From the NCBI GenBank assembly GCA_043228905.1, contig JBHGNT010000008.1, positions 8,122,001 through 8,186,000 of the forward strand: a stretch of 64,000 bases of DNA, written 5' to 3'. Below, piece after piece: positions 24,599 to 35,900 of this stretch (the stretch's first letter is position 1; each line of letters starts with the position of its first letter). A program made the position numbers and the translations under genes. Origin of the DNA: Azolla caroliniana (lineage: Eukaryota > Plantae > Polypodiophyta). Below the pieces are notes generated by a model. The model had not been told where the DNA came from, searched no databases, and was given only the letters and a program-made list of their open reading frames with translations.

Positions 24599-27500
24599 TG
24601 TCGCGTTGTTACACCCGTGTGTGTAGAACGAGGCGGGACCACGGGGGTCCTGGACCGAGGACTAATCAATCAGGAGTGGGAGCAAGAAAGACAACGGTCG
24701 TGCTTCCACACATGCACACACGGATACACAAAAACCGCAATCGATTGAAACAAGATGAATGTTTGTATGTATGTAAATGTATAAGATGAAAAGGAGTTAC
24801 AACCAACGGGTCAGTGGGCGACAAGCTCTGACGCCCACACGCACACATGCACACACGCACGAGATGGAGACTCTGTCGGAAGCACTTGGGTGTTCCGTAG
24901 AGCGGAGTCAGCCTCCCGAAACCCTGCACACAACGAATAAAGAGAAGACGGAGGAGAAAGAGCTCGGTCCCAGTCCGACAACACTTCGTCCTCGAAAAAA
25001 AGCAATCCCGCTTACGATTCCTCTCCCTCTCTTTTATAGCCCAAGGAGAGAGGCCGTTACAACCCGTTACATCATCTTTATTCTATGTCCTTTCGGATAG
25101 AGATACGTCTCGATTTTCTACCTAGCAAACATGTGCTACCTAGGATATTCACATTAGCCGACTTGTACCTAAATATGTAGATTACAACAAAACTTGTGCC
25201 CGCGTGTAAGGCCGGTTCGCACACATCATTCTCCGATTCTGGCTAGGGACGATTTTCTCCACGACATCCGCCCCCACCTAACCGCGCATCCACGGGGATG
25301 CACCAAGATAGACTCTTGCCGGAGAAGACTGGCCCGCGCTTACCCTTCGTCCTCTGGATTGCCATTCGCTCCGAACCGGTCGTCCTCACTATCCAGGTCA
25401 TCCGAGTCCGGTTCATCCTCGTGCCGCATTTTGAACGCTTTGATCCTTTTCCCGGCCACCGGTACTGCCATCCTCGTCCCATCAAGCTCTGCGAAATGGT
25501 AGTTCCCGTTGTCGTTGGTTCTTGTCACCACGTAAGGCCCGAACCACTTCCTTGCGAACTTCCGCATCGCCTTGTGCTGGTTGTCGAGGCTGCTGTCATA
25601 TACCAGAACCCAGTTGCCTTTGTTGATTTTCTTCGGCCTTAGTCCGTGAGTCTGGTCGAATCGTCCCTTGTTCTTAACCCTCGTTTTCCACATCCTCCGG
25701 TCTTCGCTCGAGTTATCGGATCCACGCCGCTAACAACTCCTCTTGGCTCATCTCGTCTCTCCAGTCCACCGTGGTCCATGAGGAGATCGTTCGTTCCATC
25801 AGCATGACCAGCTTCTGCCCGTACATCAGGTCCGCCGGCATGAACCCAGTTACCGAACTGTGTGTAGTTCGGTCGGCCCAGAACGCATAGGGTAAGACCT
25901 ACGGCCAGATTCCGACTTGGCCTCCACATGCCCGCACTAACGCTTTGAAGATCGGCCCAAGCCCGCATTCCACCTTCTCGTTTGCCTCCGGATTGTACCC
26001 CGTGGTGAGCGAGAGTTTAACCCCTAGCCGGTCAAACAACTCTTCAGCCTCTTGTGCGTCTAGTTCTCCACGACGCACCCGTACCGACATACCATTTCTT
26101 CAATCAGAAATCAGCACATGGCCACGGTCGTTTTGTTCGGCAACGCTCGGCCTTCCACCTGGTTCGTCAGGTCCTCTAAAGCCAACACCAGATATCGCAT
26201 ATGCCCTAACCCCATCGGCATCGTCACCAGATCCACCATCCACTTGAAGTGGACGGTCAGAGGGTCAGTCGGGTGGAGCTCGTCCCGATGTCGGACTATG
26301 GAGTGCATCTGATAGCTTTTGCAAGCTGTCACGAACTGATGCACGTCCCGGTATAGTCCCGGCCACCAGTACTTCCCCTTCAGTTTCTCGAATGTGGCCC
26401 ACGTCCCGCGGTGTCCGGCCTAGGGACTCTCGTGGTACGCCGTCAGCAGTTTCACATGTTCCTCTTTCTTCGCCACAACCCGGAGCGGGATGCCGTTTCT
26501 CTTCTTCGGGTGCTTCCATATGCACCCATTCCATAGGAAGAATCGGTACGCTTTCTTCCGAATCCGGTTGGTCTCTTCCTTCGTCCATGCCACGTCTGGT
26601 GTCATTGTCTTGAGGAACCCGCTGATTTGGAGCCACTCCCTGCCGTACTTGCTCTCGTCGAACTTGTTAAGCGCCGGAGTGCTCCCCTTCCTTATTGTTA
26701 TGTAAGCCGTCTCGAAGAAGTCCACGCCGACTTCTTCGTCCTCCAAAACCATGTTGTCCTCATCATCGAATCTCGCCCTCGAAAGCATGTCGGCCATGGC
26801 ATTGTCCTTTCCGGAAATGTGTCGTATTTCTGGATTCAGGGACTTGATGTATGCTATCCACCTGAGCATTGCCAGGTCCGGTGTCGCGCATCCGGAAACC
26901 ATACCGAGAATCGGTAGGCAGTCCAGTCCGTCTCAATTATCACCTCCGTCCCGATCAGATAGTCTTTGTCGGCCTTGACCACTAAAACAATACCCTAGAG
27001 CTCACGTTTAACCTGGGCGTACCCTCGCTGTCGTTCACTCAGGACTTTTGCGCCGAACCGGATGGGGAACCTCGTGCCATCCTCATCCTCCTAGTTGATC
27101 ACCCATTCGATTCCGGTCAGACACGTGTCTACGGTCACGTAAACCAGGATGTCTTTACCGTAGACCACTTTCCAGAGTGTCGACGCCGCAACAAGTGCTT
27201 CTTTCATTTTCCGGACCGACTCCATATGCTCCTCTGTCCCCTTGAATTTACGCCCTTTCTTCAGCAATCCATAGAGCGGCTCCGCGACATGGGCGTAATG
27301 CGGGATCCAGATATGGTAGAACGCGCATGCTCCCAAGAATCTCCGGACTTCCGTGACTGAATTGCAGTCGCGCTTCATCACGGAGATGGCCTCCACCTTG
27401 GCCGGCGACGGTTTCTGACCGAATAGCCCACATAGGTGTCCGACAACCATGATCTCCGATTGCCCAAAGGCCGATTTCTACCCGGAGAAGGTGAGCCTCG

Positions 27501-30500
27501 CACCCTCTAGTCTTTGCAGCACCTTCTTGAGCCGTCCGGTTCGATTGTCTCGTCCTTATCCTCCACTGGGCATCGTTTGATCAGGATGTCGTCTAAGAAT
27601 GGCATGGTGATGTCTGAGATACAATCCCTTAGCACTTTGTTCATTGTGTTCACCATGTGGGCTATCGAGTTCGTCCCTCCTTGCGGAAGGGTACACATCC
27701 GTACTAGGCCGAGAGGAGTTCGCATCGTCGTAATGTCCCTGCTCTCCATGGCTAGCTGGAACTGATCGTATCCTGAGTACAGATCATCGACCGAGTAAAT
27801 TGAACTTCCGGCGAAGGCCTCTGCGAACTCATCTATGGTCGGTCCAATTCCTGCATTCCGAATAGTCACCTTGTTGACTGGTTGCAAGTTTTGAATGAAG
27901 CACAACGTGTCGTTCTTCTTGGACACAGTAAACCACTGATTAGAATACGAGGCACTTGACGGTTCGAGGATGCCCATATCCACCTTCTGTTTCAGTAGCT
28001 CCATCAGCTTCAGAATGTGAGCTTTGGGTACTGGAATCGGTTTGAGATTCCACGGCACATGCGGTACCGTGAAGATCACCAATCGTCGGGTCTACGCACC
28101 CGATCTCCTTCGGCGAGAATGCGAAGGCCTTTCCATGCCTCCCGAGCATTCTCCGAAACCGGTTCTCCTTCGCCGGCCGTAGAAAGCCACCCTCCCCGAC
28201 CTTGAGCTCCCGTAGTGTTATGTCGGCGAATCAGTGTCTTATGCCAGCCGGATCTCGTAAACTTGGGTCTGACGCGATCCCCTTCATCCATAACTCGCTG
28301 CCCTCCGGCAAGGGTGCCGCGACTGGCCTCACCTTCCGGTCCACATTCTTATACTTCGTGTCCACTTGAGCCGTCCGATCCGACTCGAGGCGTCTACCGA
28401 AGTCAGCGATGACTTCGTACATCTTTTCCGAACATACCGGAATCATCCGGTCTTCACTAAGGCCCTCTTCGAACACCTCTCGTAGCTTCTCCATGGTGTC
28501 GTCGAAAGAGACCGTCTCCATGGCTCCGCTAATTTCCTCTCTGGGGCCGAGGACTCCGCATGCCCCGAGTCGCTCTTCTACCCGCTTCTTCTCCCGACCG
28601 ACAACGCCGGTTATTGTGCAACCTCCACTGTCAGAGAACCAAAACTTCCTACCTATGGTACACGTTTTCTTTCCTATAGTACATTTGTGGGGTTTACTCG
28701 GGGTGTCCCGACTATCGCGGCCCCATGCCTTGAAAGCCCTTTCTAAAAATCCCCTCGGCCTTCACCACCGAGGGTCTCTCGGTTCCGTTCATGGTTCGGT
28801 CATATCGTCAGAAATTGGACAGAGTGATGCCCGTCCTGGCTCTTGACTCGCACGTACGCCGAACCATTTTCCAACACCTTCGTCTCCATTCGTGCCGCTA
28901 TGATGTACGGTTCCCTGAGTATCACCGGATGCGAGGATGTCTCTTGCATAAAGAAGTGTTGATCGATCTCGACATCACCGATTTTCACTCGTACATTCGG
29001 GCATGCTCCGTGTAGCTCCTCTGTGGCACGCGTCGCCGCTCATATTTTCCACCCGTGCTTGGTGTTGATCGGCCACTTGCCCTTCTTGTAAAAGTCCATG
29101 GACATCTGGTTGATTTCCGAACCGTGGTCTACCAACGCCACCAGCGTCTTAACGGGGGTCTCCATAGTGGCTCTGGCCCAATGTAGCCTCGAATAGTGGC
29201 TTTCCGCCAACTCGTCTTCCAGGGCCATGTCTTCTAGGTGCGTTGTTCGTACCTCCACCGGCTTCTCCGGCTCCGGCTCCATCAAAAGCCTTTTTCGCTT
29301 CACCAAGTCTACGATGGAGTTGTGGAACTCCTTCTTGGCGATCCCGAACACTTCCCTCAGCGACAAATCCACTTTGTTGTCGAGGATCCGTTCTTCCAGG
29401 ACCTTTCGTAGGTCCGTGGAGCTTTCGATCTCCGTGCTCAACTAGTAACTGGCCTTCTTGACTTTATCCGGAGCACCGGGTGCACCGACGTCATTCTGCC
29501 TCAGCCCAAACCGGGTCTCATACTGTTGTGAGGGTCCAGCCCCTCCGGTTTTTCCTGCATGCTTCTCTTCCATCAGAACCTCGTAGTTCTGGCACTCGGC
29601 TTTTACGAAGTCTGTCTTTTCTTCGACCGGGTCACTCCACCCGGTTACCTCCCGGACCCGCCTTTCCACGCGGTCCGCTTACTCTTTCCTCAATCGTACA
29701 CCGGCGAGGCCTTCTAGTATCAACGGCCAGAACCCGGAGTCCTTCGTCTTCCAGACCTCATCGCTCCCGACCCAGATTCCTGCTGATGCCGAGTAGCGGA
29801 CAGTCTCCGCGTGGCGAGCCGCCGCTTCTTCCATTAGCCGCTTCATTCCCCCTCGTCCGACGTTCAGATCCAAGGCCCTCCTGGTTTCGCTATCGTGTAC
29901 CTGCCCGTTCCACAAGTACACCACGTTAGAACTCATCGCTTCGGCGAAATCCCCGCAGTCCTTCTAGGCATGGCTGATCGCGTCACACCACAAGAACTGA
30001 TGCCCGGCCGGAGGCCTTCGGTCGCGGGCTTGTTCACCACCATCCCTCCGTGTTTGCGCAATCTGGAGGTCCCTTACCATCTGAGTCAGCTCCTCCAGAG
30101 CCGTACCTCCAGACGGGCCCTTGTCCACACCGGTCAAAGTCGAGCCGGTCTCAAGCCAATCTCGGGTCTCCTCCCTTTGCGCCGGTGGGGGTACCTCGAG
30201 CTTCCTTGCCACAACAAAGCCTGCCCTTGCTAAGCCTTTATTGACCCAATCTCGCCGTTTGTCGAAACGGCCGCAGACCCTCTTCACCACGGTCAAGTCG
30301 GCCGTCAACGTGTCGTCGGTCTCCAGTAGGAGGCCCACTTGCTCCCGGTCCCTCACGTCCACCAATTTAACAAACAATAGGACACAACTTGTGTCCAGTA
30401 CGGTCCGGTCCAGTGCCAAAAGACGCGCGAAGCTTTCTTCAAACTCCTGGAGGAGCACCGACGCGTTTCTCCCCTTTTCGGGGGTCTCCACCCATTCCAT

Positions 30501-31572
30501 GAAGTCTCGCTTCGATAGCCGAAGCGCGTCATCAAGCCCATATTTCTCAAGGAGCCGACCTACAAACTTTTCCTAGGTTTGGATCTCAGCCCGTACCTCG
30601 AGCACCTCCACATGGATGCTCGGCATTGTCACCCAAGGGAATCCGGCCAATCGCCTATCCTCCAGAATGTCCCTCATCACCATTTTGGCTCGGTAGGCCT
30701 CCAAATAGCTCATGGTGCCCTTTCCACCGAACAGGCCTATCGTGCCGACGATCGCCTCAATGGCCCTATCGAGGGCCCCTGTGCCCTCGCGCGCACTTAC
30801 TATTCGATTCACACCTGAAGCCATGGCTTCCGTAAACTCCGATCCCCTCATCTTTCTATTCCTCTGCCGCCTCTTCACGTCGGGTTCACCAAATATGTCA
30901 CGTTGTTACGCACATGCGTGGAGAACGAGGCGGGACCACGGGGGTCCTGGACTAAGGACTAACTGATCAGGAGTAGGAGCAAGAAAGACAATGGCCGTGC
31001 TTCCACACACGCACACACGGATACACAGAAATCGCAATCGATTGAAACAAGATGAATGTCTGTATGTATGTAAATGTATAAGATGAAAAGGAGTTACAAC
31101 CAGCGGGCTGGTGAGCGACAAGCTGTGACGCCCACACACGCACACACGCACACGCACACACACGCGAGATGGAGACTCTGTCGGAAGCACTTGGGCGTTC
31201 CGCAGAGCAGAGTTAGCCTCCCGAAACCCTACACAGAGCGAATACAGAGAAGACGGAGGAGAAAGAGCTCGGTCCCAGTCCGACAACACTTCGTCCTCGA
31301 AAAAAAAGTGATCTCGCTTACGATTCCTCTCCCTCTCTTTTATAGCCCAAGGAGGGAGACCGTTACAACCCGCTACATCATCTTTATTCTCTGTCCTTTT
31401 GGACAGAGATACGTCTCAATTTTCTACCTAGCAAACATGTGCTACCTAGGATATTCACTTCAGCCGACTTGTACCTAAATATGTACATTACAACAAAACT
31501 TGTGCCCGCGTGTAAGGCCGGTTCGCGCACATCATTCTCCGATTCCGCCTAGGGACGGTTTTCTCCACAACA
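24599..31572 (-). mobile_element. Full-length decayed tRNA-Trp-primed Gypsy element (LTRs 24599-25266 and 30896-31572)
   Basis: Paired LTRs TGTC...ACA; PBS at 30875-30891; PPT TAGGTGGGGGCGGA at 25267-25280; domain order gag-PR-RT-RH-IN. Confidence 0.92.
25340..30824 (-). pseudogene. Fragmented gag-pol (PR, RT, RNase H, integrase)
   Basis: LVDHGSEIN (PR); DLYSGYDQ and PFLDDILI (RT); WMVDLV, GYNPEAN and WFGPY (IN); many stops and frameshifts. Confidence 0.9.
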
Positions 31573-31850
31573 ACGCGTAAGATCAATACATTAGACACAG
31601 GACCAAATAAATATCAGATAGACAATAATAACACGCTCTTATATTAATGTTTCGTCATTCATACAATGATATCTGGATCCTTTTATAAGCATCCGGTCCA
31701 TGCTACTGGCTATGAATCAGTCCGGATCGGAATCGGCATACCTCTTTCGGATCCGTCCATTCCTAACATAATTCTTAATTATTTAACTATATTTCTAAGA
31801 ACCAGCTCGCCTCTTCCTCCTTCCATACTTGGCCGCCATTCACCAACACA

Positions 31851-31866
31851 TGGCACGCCCGTGGGA
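31851..31866 (+). promoter_or_regulatory. Inverted PBS at the PPT position of element C
   Basis: LTR end CCAACA, then ca, then TGGCACGCCCGTGGGA, on the strand opposite to pol. Confidence 0.75.
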
Positions 31867-32871
31867 CAGTACATTGTACGTCAAACCCACGGGTTAGCAA
31901 TGCTCTGGTCAAGAGGTTCGAGGGGTTCCTCACTTTGCCGCTCTTGCTCTGGCTCTTGCTGTTGTGGTTGTTGTGGCTCTTGCTGCTATGACTGCTACGT
32001 TCCTGCTCTGGCTGTTGCGTCTTCTCCGACTTCATCTGTTCTCACCTTCACTCTTTCCGCTTCCTCGTACTCCCGTTCGACTTCCACTGGCTATTCCGGT
32101 ACACTCTCTCTTGGTTGATCCATTATGGCTTCATCTAGCTACATTCCTCCGGCGCCGGCTGGATTTAGTGGCTACTCCGGAGAGTGCTCTCCATCACTTA
32201 TGTTGATCTTCGTTGTCCTTTGCGACGCCTCCTGTCATCTAGGCTCCCGTTCGAATTCTTGAAATTGGAGTTGAGTTTCGAGCTGGTCATCATCCAACTG
32301 CTCCACCAGTTGTCTTATAGCCGCTAGTTGTTCTCCTGCCAAGGACAAAAAAGCGTCCGACAACTCTTCCCGAATGGTTACAATACTCTCCGCATCCATC
32401 TTAATGTTACCCGGACCCGGACAGTCAGTTTTACTGAACAAGTGGGAAAGCGTCGAAAACGGAGTCGGTTCGGATCGACGGTTCGGATCGATGACTCAAC
32501 AGTGAACGAAGAAAACTAAGTTAGTTAGATAATTTTGTAATTCTTGATAGTAAGTAGGAATAGTTCTTGATGAGAAAAGACCTTCGGTATACCTATAAAA
32601 GGGAACCGAAGGCATTGTAAGAAAGGTCGTTTATTTAGTAATATAAGTTTAAGTTAGGAATATCATGTACGGATTTTGTGTTCTTTCTATTGTCTATGTT
32701 GTTAAGTGCAATCTTCCTAATTTATAACTAAGTAACGATCACGGTAATTACCGATTAATATAGTATATTTCCATTCGTAAAACACAATTCCTTGTTAGAA
32801 CGTTGAGTAGCGACGTTCACTCTTCTGTATCGGTAGTAGTTAGTAATTAGCCGATTAACACAGAAGAAATT

Positions 32872-32884
32872 TGGCACGCCCGGT
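32872..32884 (+). promoter_or_regulatory. Sense PBS of element D (tRNA-Arg)
   Basis: TGGCACGCCCGGT 11 nt after the 5' LTR; matches the plant tRNA-Arg(UCU)-type PBS TGGCACGCCCGGTGGGA as recalled. Confidence 0.75.
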
Positions 32885-32919
32885 TACATCTGCAATTAAG
32901 CAGAGAACAAATCGAATGG

Positions 32920-35900
32920 ATGTCGTCTGAAGAGGAGACACCGGTCGGTTGTAAGCGCCATCGTACAAGGTCAGTTACGAAGGCAATGCAGGAAGCGTTC
33001 ATTGCGCAAGAACAACCGGAATCAAGCACAAAGTGGTCAAAACTTCCTGACTTATCCGATCAATTACCTTCAGACGAAAAACAGACGGAAGAGGTATCGT
33101 TTTACGACATTTGGGACGATATGCCTTATACTTATTCTAAGTTCCGGGAAGGAACAGATGCGGAAGCACATGTTAGGGATTTCTTAACGACATGGGAGAT
33201 TAACCATGGAGCTCAGCGATTGTCGGCAGATGCCGAAGATAAGTCAAAAATCGCTGAGTTCGTCTTATCATTAGACGGATATTCCGCCAATTGGTTTGCG
33301 CAGAACGGTCTTCAAGGATTTCCATCCTTTGAAGTGTTAACTACTAAATTTTTACAATTATTTTATCGACAAATTCCGCAGAAGGATTTGATTGCGCAAT
33401 TTTATGCGTTATATCAAGAAAAAAATGAAACAGTATCTCAGTTTGTGATACGATTTCAAAACTTACAGCTTCAGATTTCAAGGCCGATTCCGGATAATGA
33501 ATTAAAAGAAGTCTTTCTAGAAGCTGTAAAAGAACCATTAAGGACGACATTGAAAGTGTTCGATTTTCGAAATCAGACTATCGAACAAGTAATTGATAAA
33601 GCAATAGAAATGGGTCGACCGCCGGTCAATGTTCAGAGTATGGACATGTCGGCATTACAACGTACATTACCAACAATGGAGGAATTACAATTTCGTCAAG
33701 CAGTTCAATGCACCACTTGTTTAAATACGGGGCATTCGGCAATTGAATGTACGTTAAGAACACATTGTACAATATGTCATTCAAAATTACATTCAGTAGA
33801 ACAATGTGAATATAATTTGCTTAATAAAACTACGGCGTCAGTACGACAAATTTTTACCGACAATGGTTACCAAAATAACACTAATCTGTTCAATGGTTAT
33901 CAAAATAATAAATTTTCACAAAATCAGCAAAATGTACAACAAAATTCAACTTTTCAACAAAATCCGGTTCTACAGCCAAATCAGATCTTTTCACAACAAA
34001 ATATGCAACCCACTCAAGTGACTCAAGCATTTCAACCAGGTTTTGCTCAATCCAACCCACCATTCGTACAGAATCCGAATCAATATTTTCAACAAAATAA
34101 TCAAAGTTTCCAACAAGGTAACCCACCATTTCAAGGGATTCAACAGAACTGTCCGAATGTGCAACCGAATTCTGCATTTCAACCGAATCCGGCATTTCAA
34201 CCGGGTAATATGACCTTTCAACATAATACTCAAACCTTTCCACAAAATAATCAAATGTTTCAACAGAATAATTTTCCGCCAAATCAGGAGTTCGGGATAA
34301 CACAAAATGTAGCACAACCAAATGATAATACCGAACAATTTAGGCAGAATCGGTATAAAAATAAGAAATTTTACAAACCAAAAGCTACACGTCAATTCCA
34401 ACAAAACCCGAGTGGTAATGAAGAGCAGCAATTTAATAACGGCCAATTTGCTCATGGAGAGACCGGTGGAACATTTGTACCCACTTGTTATATTTGTCGA
34501 CAACTAGGCCATTATGCTAATCAATGTCCAGTTAAAGGAAAGGGTCCAGCAGTTAATATGGTAATACTGGAAGTTCAGCAAGTAACGACACGCAGCAAAA
34601 GCAAACAATCAGAATGGGAAATTCAGGAAGCAGTTCGGAAGGCGGCAAAAGAATGGGTTGACGAAGCAAATCAAAGTAATGTGAATCGAATGTTACAAGA
34701 CAATAACATTGACCAGAACATCGCTGTACAACAGTCATTGGGGAATAAGGAACAGGAAGAAACTTGGAAACTGTTGGCTGATTGCCAAGTGTCATTGCCA
34801 CTTACGGGCTTACTTAAGTTAGTACCAAGGTTTACAGAAAAAGTGGCAGCATTAATTGCATATAAAGGTTCCGAACAAATAGCAGTACACTACAATCAGC
34901 CAAGTAATAACCCTTCGATCATGGATGAACAGAATCCGTCGATTAAGGTAATACTTTACGGGCAAGAAATCGGAAATGTGATTATAGATGGAGGCTCGGG
35001 AGTTAATGTGATTAACAAAGCTACATGTGAAAAACTAGGAATCACGGAATGGGAAGCATGTCCGTTTTGGTTACGAATGGCAGATACAAGTACGGTACGA
35101 CCGATTGGTTTGCTTCGACAACTGGATGTAATAATCAGGGGACACAGTTTTCAGATTTCGGCAGTAATTTTGCAGTTAGAAGCACAGGGAGCATACCCCT
35201 TGTTATTGGGGAGACCATGGTTAAAGACAGCTAATATCAAACAAAATTGGAAACAAAATGTGCTAACATTTAGGAAAGGAAAAACTAAGGTCAGGATTCC
35301 GACGCACAACAAAGTGACAACAAGCAAACAGAGTTTACCTGTACATGCAGAACCAGTTAATATGATGGAAGGATTGGACGAGGAAGAAGAAAGTCAGTAT
35401 TTTAATGATACTCAGAAAATCATCCCTCTATTTGAGGTAGATATTTTGCAAGCATTAACACCATATGTAAACTCACACGAAGAAGTGCCAATAGATGAGC
35501 AAACAATGAAAGAAATACGAATGCAACAAGAAGCTACAGATAAGGAAATGAAGGTATCTCAGAGAGTGCAAGCCTCAGCATTAGAGGAGATCGATTTGGC
35601 AGGAGTAGAGGATGGTGAAAGAAAAACAGTCTTGATTGCTAGAGATTTGGCGGAAAATGACAAACGGACATTAACAACATTACTATTACAATATAAGGAT
35701 GTTTTTGCATGGTCGTTTGACGATATGAAAGGTCTAGATCCCGCTTTTTGTCAACATCAAATCAATTTGCATAAAGATGCAAAGCCAGTACAACAACGCA
35801 GGTACAGGTTGAATCCGAATTATGCTATCAAAGTAAAAGAAGAAATCGATAAACTCTTAAAAGTAGGATTTATTCGACCCGTCAAAAAATCAACATGGCT

